DNA of 64,000 nucleotides from a virus (IMGVR_UViG_3300049484_000260:2806-66805); one strand, 5' to 3'. Shown: positions 31,894 through 42,282, counted from the first letter of the stretch. The notes: generated from the letters alone by a model not told the origin. Translations and numbers: made by a program.

Positions 31894-34800
31894 GCTACCT
31901 CCTTAATATACTTGTTATAGAGGGCGATCCTTGACTCTACATCTGCCATACCCTTCACCTCTGTGATGTTCTCCCGAACATATTTAAATGCGTTCTTCAT
32001 TACATCAGCACAACGCTCCAGATGGGACTGTTTTTCCTGACTAATTATACAGGACTTAGGCCCAGCACTCTTAAGAACCTGCCTGAAATAATAATCCTCT
32101 CTTGCTGTTCTAACACATATATATGCCGTTCCGTTGATAGAGACCTCCTTTGTTACTCTCCACAGGCCGCGAATAAAGATAGCTTCTAACTGATCTTTAT
32201 ATGTGGATACGTTGAAGGCTCCTTTCCCTGTACGAGATACCGTCATGAGAACTGACTTTCTCCAGAACTCCTCCGCATCATCAAGGATGTAGGCCACACG
32301 GTACCCAGATATAGATGCGTATCCTGCATGTGTGGCCCCCTGATATCCCTGATGTACCAGTTCTCCCTTCATCAATTCCCCAGCAGCTTCTTGTGATATG
32401 TCTCTGACGGCGAGCAGGGATGCGTCAGCACCAAGGGCAGCCGCGACGCTCTGATGCTCCGCTGCGGCCACCCCAGGGGCAGTTCCCAGCCCCACCCACG
32501 ATGCTCTGTACGCGGCGGCCGCCAGCGGAGCGGCCTCCTGAATCTCAAGGGCGGCTGTAGTGGTCTCTCCAGTCAGAAGGCCCATCGTTGCTCCTACCGG
32601 GCTGGCTGACATGCCAGACATAGTGCTGATGGGGGCAAGGTCAAGCTGGTGCAGGGCGAACCCCAGGTCGGAGGAGGCGGACAGCATTTCCCCGACAGCC
32701 GGATTCATGATCAGCTCCGGCTGAGTAAGCGACCGCACCGCTCTGGTGTATTCGCTGACATCCTCCCCAATCATGGTCTGGTAGGCATCCTTCAGCGCAT
32801 CAGAATTCAGGGGGACATGCTTGAAATCTACAGCATGGATGAACTGGGTAGGGGAAACCCCTGTTGCACGGACTATGGTGGACTGCCCAGCAGCCCAGTC
32901 CTCCACCTTCAGTAGGTCTCCGACACTCAAGGAGGTGAGGTTTACACCTTTTGGGAAGTTCTCCTTGTAGAACTCTGAAGAAGATATTCTTTCTACTGTA
33001 GCTTCAGCTCCTGTCTTACATATTGCATCTTTAATAGCCTGCATATCAGGAGCAGCAGACCTGTCTTTCTTAAACACTGTAATAGCTGTCGTGCATCTAC
33101 AATTCGCGATCTCTTTGGTAGCACCATTAGGATCATGGGGGTACAATAGACCTGTGTGAGGGAACTTCTCACCTATAGTAACTTCTGTACCGTTGGTTAG
33201 TTCATGTGTGTCACGAACTAATACATCTTCAGAAGAAATCCACTTATGCCGTTCAGCTCCTCTTAGGTTGAACATCAAGTAGCGCGATGTATTGTACCCA
33301 GCTCCAGATATTCCACGGGCAATAGATAAGCTCTTGTCCTTTGCATCGTCACCGAGTAGCTCATCTATCTTCGCCTGCATTTGGGAGGAGGTGGCACCTG
33401 AGAAGAACATTGGAATAAGTTTTGAGTTGAAGTCACCTAAAACGTCATCACCTATAGACCTGCATCTTTTTGTGAAGACCTTTATAGAAGACTCTATGAC
33501 ATCCTGTTCAGCATGAGATAGACTGCTTAGGTAGTTTTTTCTTACAGTAAAAGATGGTAGAGACTTGTCACTCTTACTGTATATTTCCTCTTCAGACAGG
33601 AACACCGAGATACCAGCTTTGAACATCTCACGGACAATGGGTTCTGCCATCTTAGCAAACCTATCAACCCAATCAAACGTAAGCAATTCTGGGGATAATC
33701 CATGTTTAATGTTACGAGTTGACGTGATACGCATCTGATCGTAGAAAACCTCCATCAAGGTCTTCCATTCTTGGTTGATTGACTTTAAAATCCCAGAATA
33801 CCCAAGAGCGTACCCAGACTCCCACCTCGCTTTAGTCATGAGTACAGACTTTCCGTCTTCCTTTGGGGGGTTTCCGGTATCATCCAGCCCCGGTTCCTCG
33901 TCTGCCTGATCCGGTTTGCGGGTATCCTTCTTATCATCCTCGTACTCGACAGCAAGCTCAGGCTTGCCTAAAATGGCAGCAATCTGCTTCCGGCTGTACC
34001 CCATCTCTGAGTATATTTTAGCTGTCTCACCAACCGCCTTGAAGTCGATAAAGGCAAGCCGGGCCTCCTTCAAATCGGCCTCAGTAGTGAGACCAAACAG
34101 AGGCATGGCCAGCCGGATAGACACGTTCTCATGCAGGGCTGTAAGCCGTGGGAGGATGTTTTGTGTCCAGAACATCTGAACCTGCTGCTCTGAGTTGGCG
34201 TAGTTGGCGTACCTGAACTGCCCCACCATTGCTGGAGGTACACCGAATGCCGCGCATATTGCCTCCTTCACGCTATCCTTTGAATCGGTAAAGTCTGATT
34301 CGGTCTTTCCTCTGCGTGATTGTGCTTGTGCTGGCTTTAAACCGTAAGGTAGGATAATCACTCCATCCTTCTTTGCTCCTTTCGATATACCGTTTGCAAT
34401 CTCTTGACGCTGTTCTGTATTTAATGCCTGATCTGTACTGAACATCATGTCAGCGTGGAACCCTTTCTGAAAGAATTCAGAGTTCCATTTATTCATGTTG
34501 AAGTCTTGAAACGCTTCAGATAGTGCAACATGAGCAGGGGAAAGCTGCTTGCGCTCATCATAAGGGCTTACATCCCCAAAAACTATCACCTCGTTAGGTA
34601 AAAGAATATCGATAGAGCCACCTGATCTTGTTAGACGCAGCTTATACCCTTCTATCTCATCCTCATCATTAAATATAGGTTCAATGCTCCTGCGGGACTT
34701 CAGAGAAATTCCTACTGGAATTCCTTTCTCCTTTCGTATCACCCAGTATGCGACACCTGATACGAGCTGGAGTGTTATCGTCCTACGAATCAACTCCCGC

Positions 34801-35030
34801 CATGATGGTATGCTATAGTCTGCTGGTGTTGATAACAGGATGCGCAAGGGATGGTCTTTTTTAGTTATGATAGTCTCATCCTTTTTAATCACATAGGGGA
34901 CGGATGCAGCACATCTTGCTATTGCTCCTACACAGGCATAGACGCATACATTTGCTTCATATATCGTTCTTCCGTTGAATCGTGATACTGGCTTTGAATC
35001 GTCACCAGTAAAAAATGAACTGAAACTCAT
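31890..35030 (-). CDS. Portal protein fused to MuF (SPP1 gp7-like) domain and a putative ADP-ribosyltransferase domain
   Basis: HK97 portal (VYACVGAIA, ICAAFGVPPAMVG, NYANSEQQ); MuF (KWISSEDVLVRDTH, PHDPNG...IANCRC); C-terminal R...ASIS...QLE ART-like pattern. Confidence 0.85.
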   Translation of the reverse strand: MSFSSFFTGDDSKPVSRFNGRTIYEANVCVYACVGAIARCAASVPYVIKKDETIITKKDHPLRILLSTPADYSIPSWRELIRRTITLQLVSGVAYWVIRKEKGIPVGISLKSRRSIEPIFNDEDEIEGYKLRLTRSGGSIDILLPNEVIVFGDVSPYDERKQLSPAHVALSEAFQDFNMNKWNSEFFQKGFHADMMFSTDQALNTEQRQEIANGISKGAKKDGVIILPYGLKPAQAQSRRGKTESDFTDSKDSVKEAICAAFGVPPAMVGQFRYANYANSEQQVQMFWTQNILPRLTALHENVSIRLAMPLFGLTTEADLKEARLAFIDFKAVGETAKIYSEMGYSRKQIAAILGKPELAVEYEDDKKDTRKPDQADEEPGLDDTGNPPKEDGKSVLMTKARWESGYALGYSGILKSINQEWKTLMEVFYDQMRITSTRNIKHGLSPELLTFDWVDRFAKMAEPIVREMFKAGISVFLSEEEIYSKSDKSLPSFTVRKNYLSSLSHAEQDVIESSIKVFTKRCRSIGDDVLGDFNSKLIPMFFSGATSSQMQAKIDELLGDDAKDKSLSIARGISGAGYNTSRYLMFNLRGAERHKWISSEDVLVRDTHELTNGTEVTIGEKFPHTGLLYPHDPNGATKEIANCRCTTAITVFKKDRSAAPDMQAIKDAICKTGAEATVERISSSEFYKENFPKGVNLTSLSVGDLLKVEDWAAGQSTIVRATGVSPTQFIHAVDFKHVPLNSDALKDAYQTMIGEDVSEYTRAVRSLTQPELIMNPAVGEMLSASSDLGFALHQLDLAPISTMSGMSASPVGATMGLLTGETTTAALEIQEAAPLAAAAYRASWVGLGTAPGVAAAEHQSVAAALGADASLLAVRDISQEAAGELMKGELVHQGYQGATHAGYASISGYRVAYILDDAEEFWRKSVLMTVSRTGKGAFNVSTYKDQLEAIFIRGLWRVTKEVSINGTAYICVRTAREDYYFRQVLKSAGPKSCIISQEKQSHLERCADVMKNAFKYVRENITEVKGMADVESRIALYNKYIKEVA

Positions 35031-36901
35031 TCTGGGTACTCCTGTTGTAATAGTTGGACTACCTTTTTGAATTCATGATACCTCCCGTGTGGGTACATGA
35101 AGTCATCATAAAGGTCATCTTCATCTTTAACGTCAGACATGACGACTTGAACCGAGTGATACGGGAATTCGAGAACTGCACAATGAGTGGAAGCGGCTAC
35201 AGCGTCAGCTATGTCCTTCGACCCGTGATCAGGATGATCTATCTTCCTTCTTTCTCGATCCCAATCTAACTTTGACACCTCATCAATAAAGATTCTGTTC
35301 TCACAGCTTATATGAACACCTTGCAACACCTGCTTTCTCAGTGTTACATACGCCACGTCATCCCTATCAACAGACAGTATTGCGGTGGGAATCCCCTCAC
35401 TCTCAAAATACTGTAATGAAGCGGTTGACTGATATGTGTCCATTGTCACCTTTACTATATTATATCCAAGGGAACGTAGGTGGATGACAAACTCAGCGCA
35501 CCTGATTACAGGAATCTGCCCTTCAATAGGCGGAGATATCGCAACCATCCATTCTGTACATGTAAGGAATTCATTTGCATTGAGACCAGAGCCAGCCACC
35601 AGTGTACACGCAATGCCAGTCCTATCAGATGATACTGATTGATCTATATGAATCCATCGTGGAGTGCTCCTGCTAAATACAGGGCTATCGTTAAAAAAGT
35701 CCTCAAGTCGAGTGTCGCTTTTAGTTGATAAAGTCACTACTGACCTACTGAACAGGTTAGGAACATAATAACGCACAGTGTCTATAATAGCCTCAGCAGT
35801 AAGGAACCCAGATATCGCATTAGCAGCGACACCAAGAACGTCACGAGATGCCTTGTTGATGTCCTGCTCAAACGCCTCAATAAAATCTATAGGAACCTTC
35901 TCCAAACCAAGAATGCGTATGTACTTTCTCAGCACATCAACGTATGGCATAACGAAGTCCTCTTCAGGGATAGGCATCTCCTGATGTCTTAGGATGTCGA
36001 ATATGTCGTGTCTATTCTTAATGACGGTCGTAGGTACATCCTTGCTGCCAGGGAATACCGGAAACCATTCTTTTGAGTATTTTCTTGGGACAATGACCTT
36101 GTACCCAACAGCTACAGATATGTAAGCTGACTTGGACTTCTTGGCTTCCACTATCCTCTGCTCAACAAAGCATGAGTTAAATGAGGCCGAGGATACAAGC
36201 AAAGAGATACCCTGGTCAATCCCACCAAGAGAGAAACGAGCCTTTCTACGGTTAAATGTTGACGTGTATAGATCGCGTGCCTTACTGAACTCATTACCAC
36301 CGCTCCCCTTCACGGCATAGAAATCCCCTTCGTCGAGAAATACACCGAACAGGTCGAGACCGATCTGATGATCTGTACCAGACCCATAAATCACATTCAC
36401 GTTTTTAAACTGTAGTGACGATGTTACACGGGTATTTCTTCTGAAGTTCTCATGAAAATACTCAATACTGTCAACAATACTTCTCAACTTGCCGTACCCT
36501 GTACGATCTGCCTGCTTCATATTGACGGAGAAGTAGATGAAGAATATCTCAGTGCTGGTAAATAGATTGAACAGAGCGGGGATTGGAGAGAAACAGGAGA
36601 GGACGTAGAGCTTGTAAATCAAGGCGTAGGACGCTGCGGTTGTCTTACCGGCTCCGATGGAGCCTGTAAGAATCCACTCAGCCAAGCCACTGTTGATGAA
36701 ATTGATGATTTCTGTGCGCCAGTACGGATACAGATGTCGTGCATCGTAGCCGGAGTAATACGGGGAGTGAATCCATTCTTCAATGGGGACAACATCCCTT
36801 AACTGCTTGAGCGATGTCTTGCCTGATGCGATCTTGCTGAGTAGGTGTGAGACATTGCACCTTGGCTCCTCAGCCGGGGTAATCACGGTTTCATCAGTCA
36901 T
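35027..36901 (-). CDS. terL: Terminase large subunit
   Basis: Walker A TGSIGAGKT, Walker B VFLDE, nuclease HIDQSVSSDRTG, KIDHPDHGSKDIADA. Confidence 0.92.
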   Translation of the reverse strand: MTDETVITPAEEPRCNVSHLLSKIASGKTSLKQLRDVVPIEEWIHSPYYSGYDARHLYPYWRTEIINFINSGLAEWILTGSIGAGKTTAASYALIYKLYVLSCFSPIPALFNLFTSTEIFFIYFSVNMKQADRTGYGKLRSIVDSIEYFHENFRRNTRVTSSLQFKNVNVIYGSGTDHQIGLDLFGVFLDEGDFYAVKGSGGNEFSKARDLYTSTFNRRKARFSLGGIDQGISLLVSSASFNSCFVEQRIVEAKKSKSAYISVAVGYKVIVPRKYSKEWFPVFPGSKDVPTTVIKNRHDIFDILRHQEMPIPEEDFVMPYVDVLRKYIRILGLEKVPIDFIEAFEQDINKASRDVLGVAANAISGFLTAEAIIDTVRYYVPNLFSRSVVTLSTKSDTRLEDFFNDSPVFSRSTPRWIHIDQSVSSDRTGIACTLVAGSGLNANEFLTCTEWMVAISPPIEGQIPVIRCAEFVIHLRSLGYNIVKVTMDTYQSTASLQYFESEGIPTAILSVDRDDVAYVTLRKQVLQGVHISCENRIFIDEVSKLDWDRERRKIDHPDHGSKDIADAVAASTHCAVLEFPYHSVQVVMSDVKDEDDLYDDFMYPHGRYHEFKKVVQLLQQEYPE

Positions 36902-37575
36902 TCGGGAGCCGCCTCCAAGAAGAAGGCTGACAGGCCGTCGAGAAGCTCATCATCAGGATCAGCAAGCAGGGTGTCGGCAAACGGAGCTGTTGGTGGTTCC
37001 TTCACCGGCCCAGGATCATCCGGGAACACCAGCCTGGTTACGCCCTCAGAATCCTTAACGACGGACGGGCTTCCTTTGCGCCCTTTATGCACTACCTGGC
37101 CCTCCGGGAGGTCGATGCTCCCTCGGCGTATGGCGAACGGGGGCGGGGGGCCTTCCAGGAGCTGGCGAGCCTGCTTGGTAATGGAGGCAGCATTCGACTG
37201 CGCGGCGGGGGCTGAGAGGAGTAGGTACGCTTGCTTCAGCATACCCAGCTCATCGGGCTTCATGGACTTCAACATAGCATACATCTCATCGGCTTCCCGG
37301 TTAGATACGGTAGGTTTTGGGGACACCTTCATCAGCAGCTCGACGGCCTTTTGTTCAGTAGCCCCCGCGTCTTGCGTCACCTTCAGGAGTTCTATATACA
37401 GCTTCGTGAACTTGAAATATGCGTCGCTTCCCACCTTAATTTCGCCGATAGGCTCTGAGAATAGTGCGGTCTCAAGCTGTGCAGCGTACTTCGATAGAAT
37501 CTCAATCCTCTGGTCAAGGAATCTAAGCTGTTTAGATATTGATGTTGCTGATAGGGTTACTGTTGATGGGGGCAT
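36898..37575 (-). CDS. Terminase small subunit candidate
   Basis: Helical protein directly upstream of and overlapping terL (synteny only). Confidence 0.45.
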   Translation of the reverse strand: MPPSTVTLSATSISKQLRFLDQRIEILSKYAAQLETALFSEPIGEIKVGSDAYFKFTKLYIELLKVTQDAGATEQKAVELLMKVSPKPTVSNREADEMYAMLKSMKPDELGMLKQAYLLLSAPAAQSNAASITKQARQLLEGPPPPFAIRRGSIDLPEGQVVHKGRKGSPSVVKDSEGVTRLVFPDDPGPVKEPPTAPFADTLLADPDDELLDGLSAFFLEAAPE

Positions 37576-37641
37576 GATACTGTGTTTGGTTGTATTGTTG
37601 ATAAGACACCCGCAACGGTTGCCCGCTTAGGTGTCCATGCT

Positions 37642-38256
37642 TTAGTCCTCATCCTTCTTAGAGGCGTACACGTCACCACTCTTTATGTATGGTCTGATCT
37701 TGGTGCATGGGTCTGTGGGGTTAGTGTCAGGGGATATAGTCTTAAGCTCCCAACAATCTATTTTCTTAGCTCGGTGATAGGTGTGTACATCGGCACCACC
37801 CTCATATATCACCTTTAGCACAGCAGAGAGGTCATAGCCAAATATAATAGCTAAATCGGAGTATAGTACTTTCTTTTCCTGAATCAGCTTGAGCAAGGGG
37901 AGTAGAGTAAAGAGCTTGCCGTTATCAGTTGCTACTATATCGTATTTACCAAGCACACTATTGACAAGTTCCTCATCACGCAATAGGCGAGTACACACCC
38001 TTGCTACGACATCATCAGCGTTAGCTACACCCTGGTTCATTAGGCGATGACTTACAGTGACAAAATCAAAAGCGTACATCTCAGCGTTCTCGATATCAGA
38101 GGAGTTCCTGAAATAATGTGATGCCTTATAGTGATAGTACATCTCTGAGAATGACCTGCCTTTATGTTGGGATGTTACCCGCCGTAGTGTCCAGCGATAT
38201 ACTGACACTGCGTAATGCCTGATAGCCGACAATACGTCGCAACTGAATCTATTCAT
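37642..38256 (-). CDS. Hypothetical protein
   Basis: 204 aa; GAGGA RBS. Confidence 0.6.
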   Translation of the reverse strand: MNRFSCDVLSAIRHYAVSVYRWTLRRVTSQHKGRSFSEMYYHYKASHYFRNSSDIENAEMYAFDFVTVSHRLMNQGVANADDVVARVCTRLLRDEELVNSVLGKYDIVATDNGKLFTLLPLLKLIQEKKVLYSDLAIIFGYDLSAVLKVIYEGGADVHTYHRAKKIDCWELKTISPDTNPTDPCTKIRPYIKSGDVYASKKDED

Positions 38257-38289
38257 AGTGTCCTCTTAGGGATGAGTTATACACCTTCA

Positions 38290-39036
38290 TCAGTGATCTT
38301 CTTTACGGTTTTCATTTATCCTCCTGCCCACATCCTCAGCCTGCTCCTTGAACCCAAGTTGATGTAGTAAAGTACGTAATAGAACCCATCCATTAGCATT
38401 GTTAGGGTCAAGCTCTGTAGCCCTCCGATACAGTGCAACAGCCTCCCCTGGGTCTGTTACCCACATCAGCGCGGCCTGATGTCGAAGTGCTTCCGCCGCT
38501 TTCTGGAACGCCTTCTTGGCTTCTTCCTCTTTCCTGGCTGCGGCTTTAGAAAAGAAGGTCTGGGCCTTCACGAGATTCCCCTTTTGGAGGTCATGGAGCG
38601 CATCTGCTGCCAATTCCTCATAGGTGAAGCCCGGTGCTTCAGAGCGGCCCTGATTTTGAAGGCAGGAACAAGGCCCGTAGAGGTACTTCCGCATCTCAGT
38701 GATACTCGGAGATAGGTTCCGCATCTGTTTCCAAGCGAAGGACGCAAGGCATTCCAGTGTGTGAAAATCCCTGTAATCACTGAGATTGAAGTCCCCAAGT
38801 CCCTTTGATGACGGGTTTCCTACGGGGTTTATACTCGGTACCTCGGAAACCTCATTTTCTTTATGCGGAAGTCCTTTTGGGCGGAGGTGTAGAGGAACCT
38901 GCGACCTGTTTCCGAAGTTAGAAAGGATACTTATCAGTCCTCTCACGAAAGTGCGACACCCTAAGCTGGGATGCTGGGTGGTCTGGTTTTCTGTATCCGG
39001 GGATACAACCCCGTGTTTTTGGCTATGCGTGGTCAT
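38290..39036 (-). CDS. TPR-containing protein
   Basis: Likely start MTTHSQK at 39036; AVALYRRATELDPNNANGWVLLRTLLHQLG is a TPR repeat. Confidence 0.65.
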   Translation of the reverse strand: MTTHSQKHGVVSPDTENQTTQHPSLGCRTFVRGLISILSNFGNRSQVPLHLRPKGLPHKENEVSEVPSINPVGNPSSKGLGDFNLSDYRDFHTLECLASFAWKQMRNLSPSITEMRKYLYGPCSCLQNQGRSEAPGFTYEELAADALHDLQKGNLVKAQTFFSKAAARKEEEAKKAFQKAAEALRHQAALMWVTDPGEAVALYRRATELDPNNANGWVLLRTLLHQLGFKEQAEDVGRRINENRKEDH

Positions 39037-40333
39037 GACGTATTCCCTTTGGTGATGGGGTAAATACAGGAATTGTAGCGAAAAAGGCACTACTTCTCGG
39101 TACTGGAGGGTGGTCAGATAAAGGAGCACGATCCAGGGCGACACTACCTCCACGGGTAGTTTCTTTGTAGGAGATTACTTTAGTAACTACCGGCTCTGCC
39201 CGGCAGAGGTCGAACATCGGCACTGGTGGGAGGTCAGAGGCTGCAAAAGGGTAATCCACCTCAGTCCAAGACCCATCAGGGTCGTCAGAAGGGCCAACGG
39301 CGGGTTCGGTAACGGGTTCAGCAGGTGTATCTGAGGGGAAATCTGGGGACGGGTAATCCACCTCAGTCCAAGACTCATCAGAACCCACCGAAATTGGCTC
39401 TCTCTTCGCTTCTTGGGTGGTAGGTGGTAGGTCAGGATGTTCTCCGCCAGAAAACGAATTTAACCCCCTTTCCGTGCGTTTCTGAGGGAACCCCTCCCCT
39501 ATCTCTCCAAGGGCAGCCCGGTGCTCCAGATCAATCATGTATGCAATCAGGCGTGTAACCTCTTTAGTTCGTGACGAAAATCTCGTGACTAACTCCTGAA
39601 TGCTTACTCCTTTTTTGTACAGGCGGTACATCTCGGCCTGCATCTGAATGGTCTTGATGTCGGCAAGGGTCGGAAGCTGAATCTTCTCCCCAGGGAAGAG
39701 GAAGAGCATAGCCAGCAATAAATCACCTTGCCCATTCTGCTCAAGGATGTGCGCCAGCTTAAATCTCGATCTGTCAGAGACAATCAATGACATAAACTTA
39801 GTTGTGGTCGGGCCTACCTGTGTTAGATTTAGCATTTTCTTTGGTGTAATGAAATAGGAGAGGACTTTGCATCTGGTGGGTAACGTCATCTCTCCTAAAT
39901 CATACTGAAGAGATTCTATAGATGCCTCTTTTAAAGGAAGCAGCTCTATGTCACTTTGCACGCAATGATCACTCTGTATCTCAGCTATGGAGCTATCAAG
40001 AAGCTCTTCGTAAGAGACTGCATGATGCTCATAATGAGCTTTCAGAAAATTTGTCATTGCGTATCTAACGCCCGTGTACAGAAATGTTGATAGCTTATAC
40101 GCAGGATTGTAATATCCCTGTTTCAGCATTGAGTAAATCTTAGCAAGCCCTTCTTGTGCTAAGTCCTCAAAAATATCACTGCCGACAAACCTTAGTGTAT
40201 TACGGAAATGCTTAAAGAAAACCACACGACATAGAGCATGATACAGTGGGACGGATGTATCATCCCACTGAGCATCAAGAGCATCAATCTTAGTGAGGAG
40301 TGGTTCTCTACTTTCGGTCTTTATTGGTTTCAT
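39023..40333 (-). CDS. Sigma70 region-2 protein fused to Mor-like HTH domain and acidic tail
   Basis: EDLAQEGLAKI...YNP...KLSTFLYTGVRYAMTNFLK (sigma region 2); LFPGEKIQLPT...YKKGVSIQELVTRF (Mor-like). Confidence 0.7.
   Translation of the reverse strand: MKPIKTESREPLLTKIDALDAQWDDTSVPLYHALCRVVFFKHFRNTLRFVGSDIFEDLAQEGLAKIYSMLKQGYYNPAYKLSTFLYTGVRYAMTNFLKAHYEHHAVSYEELLDSSIAEIQSDHCVQSDIELLPLKEASIESLQYDLGEMTLPTRCKVLSYFITPKKMLNLTQVGPTTTKFMSLIVSDRSRFKLAHILEQNGQGDLLLAMLFLFPGEKIQLPTLADIKTIQMQAEMYRLYKKGVSIQELVTRFSSRTKEVTRLIAYMIDLEHRAALGEIGEGFPQKRTERGLNSFSGGEHPDLPPTTQEAKREPISVGSDESWTEVDYPSPDFPSDTPAEPVTEPAVGPSDDPDGSWTEVDYPFAASDLPPVPMFDLCRAEPVVTKVISYKETTRGGSVALDRAPLSDHPPVPRSSAFFATIPVFTPSPKGIRHDHA
39249..39381. 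repeat. Direct repeat pair (24 bp exact, 102 bp period) encoding SWTEVDYP twice
   Basis: gggtaatccacctcagtccaagac at 39249 and 39351. Confidence 0.85.
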
Positions 40334-42224
40334 CTGTAGGTGGTGCTGTGTTGTGATAAAGGAAACGAAAGAATGCCATCATAAGCCTCTCATCAGTGAA
40401 ACTGTTCGTGCATATTGGAGAGAGTGAAATCCTCAACCACACCGGTATCGCTTTACGCAGGTGAGATATCTGAGGGGTTGCTCTAAGGAAGTGCTCAGAT
40501 AGCTGTTCAAGGAATGAGAAGTAATCATCACGTAACGTAGCCAGCGGTACTTGTAAAGTCTGGTTAAGATAATCTGTAAACTTAGTGTAATCACCTTGTG
40601 AAGAGGCCACTAACATGCTAAAAAAGGTGGGAACCGTTGTTTTAAGTGTATGTACCGATTCTACCTCATCGAGTAGGATCATGTCAAGTAGATTATCACA
40701 GGTTCTGACATGACCACGTGACTTACTGATTATAGACCGAATAACGTCACCGGAAAGCACCTTTCCTTTAATCTTTGTTATGTAATCAATTCGTTCCTTG
40801 ATCTGCTGTGAGGACATTAGATTTAGATCGAGACGAAGACACCGTGACTGTAGAGGCTCGGACAGCGCATCTGCATCTGTTGTGCAGAAAATAATGAAGG
40901 TGTCTTGTGGTGGCTCCTCGACTAAGGCCAGTAACGCTGACTGGGCTTCACGGGAGCAGCTCTGGGCTTCATCAAATATGACTGTCCTATATCCTCCAAT
41001 ATGCTTAGACCTCAAATCCTCACGTAGGCTCCTTACTGCCTCAATCCGACCAATAACACTTGAATCATATTCATAAGGATTAGAATGTGTAATACACTGA
41101 ATACATTCCCCACAAGCGTCACCATTACGTTTAGAACAATTAACTGCTTTGGCAAATATCTTCGCCAATGTAGTATTATGATTGATGTACCCATCACCGA
41201 TAAAGGCATGAACCTTTGGAACGGTCAGGTCATAGAGAGGAATCGAGTCAACCAGCTCAACAGAAACCACCTGGTCTGCAAAAAGAGCACTCCTCCGGGT
41301 ACGCCGTAAGACCACAGCGGACTTCTCATCAAGGAGGTATTCTGAAATCTTCTGAGCCTCCCCTTTACAGCTTCTCGCCAGCTTCTGGCTGTAGGGGCAG
41401 AGGACTGGATCAACAAGTTGGGAGAGGATTGAGTTCTTCATCAGAGGAATGAGGTTTACACGGTAGCTCTCAATGCCCCCAAGAGAATAGGGAGGAACCT
41501 TTTTGATTCGGCTGTAGCAGCCCATCAACGCAGCTACCGCTGCAATCGCCTGAGCGTACAGGAGGTGGGAGGTTTTTAGGGTGAGGCTTCTTTCCTCCTT
41601 GACCAAAAAGGCCACGTAGCCCATCTGCTTCTCATAGGAGCCAGAGATGAACTCATCATAGGTCATACATAGGGGGTAGGGGAGGTAACGGAATTCGTAA
41701 GAGGGGAAAGGAGGGAAGGGAGGTGGGGTATTCGTTACTACCCCTATGATGTGGTGGTGGACGGTAATCTTGGAGAGCTGTGTATAGGAGACCTTCCCTG
41801 TGTCTGTATTGAGGGTGAGGACTGGGTGATGGAGAGAGCCTATTACGCTCTTCCCTGCGGCTGTAGTGATTTTGATGGTCGGCTTTATGCCGGAGTAGTA
41901 GAGGTAGCTGACGGGGAGGGTGGTCTTACCGAAGTGGAGGGAGAGGGGGGTAGGTGGGACGTACTTCATTCCTTCTGCTTTAAGGGCAGGGAAGAGGGAG
42001 CGGATTTGGCGGATGCCGTTGGGGGTTTGAATGTGGGTATCGCCGGAGACGCACTTTCCGGTACCGAATGGCCCTGCGAGGAGGATGCTGTGGAAAGAGG
42101 TGGCCGGTGCTTTGGCGATGGCTTTGAGGGCCGCTTTTGGGGTTTCTTGGCCTATTACGTCTTTGAAGGTCTGTGGGCGGTGCGCGGTCGCGGTGTTCTG
42201 AGCTGTGCTGTAGGGTGATGCCAT
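40308..42224 (-). CDS. dnaX: Clamp loader, DNA polymerase III gamma/tau-like, intein-containing
   Basis: HRPQTFKDVIGQ, Walker A GPFGTGK|TT split by intein, Zn module AVNC...ACGEC..C, IFDEAQ, LVEEPP, LQSRC, GHVR. Confidence 0.92.
   Translation of the reverse strand: MASPYSTAQNTATAHRPQTFKDVIGQETPKAALKAIAKAPATSFHSILLAGPFGTGKCVSGDTHIQTPNGIRQIRSLFPALKAEGMKYVPPTPLSLHFGKTTLPVSYLYYSGIKPTIKITTAAGKSVIGSLHHPVLTLNTDTGKVSYTQLSKITVHHHIIGVVTNTPPPFPPFPSYEFRYLPYPLCMTYDEFISGSYEKQMGYVAFLVKEERSLTLKTSHLLYAQAIAAVAALMGCYSRIKKVPPYSLGGIESYRVNLIPLMKNSILSQLVDPVLCPYSQKLARSCKGEAQKISEYLLDEKSAVVLRRTRRSALFADQVVSVELVDSIPLYDLTVPKVHAFIGDGYINHNTTLAKIFAKAVNCSKRNGDACGECIQCITHSNPYEYDSSVIGRIEAVRSLREDLRSKHIGGYRTVIFDEAQSCSREAQSALLALVEEPPQDTFIIFCTTDADALSEPLQSRCLRLDLNLMSSQQIKERIDYITKIKGKVLSGDVIRSIISKSRGHVRTCDNLLDMILLDEVESVHTLKTTVPTFFSMLVASSQGDYTKFTDYLNQTLQVPLATLRDDYFSFLEQLSEHFLRATPQISHLRKAIPVWLRISLSPICTNSFTDERLMMAFFRFLYHNTAPPTDETNKDRK
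41175..42053 (-). mobile_element. Intein (293 aa) in the Walker A motif of the clamp loader, with degenerate LAGLIDADG remnant
   Basis: Block A CVSGDTHIQTPNG, block B GSLHHPVL, block F/G IPLYDLTV...GYINHN followed by Thr+1; removal restores GTGKTTLAK. Confidence 0.93.
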
Positions 42225-42282
42225 GATTTTTTATACTCCGGTTTTTGTGATGGTGGAAATGGCCGAAAAAAATGAACTTGGT

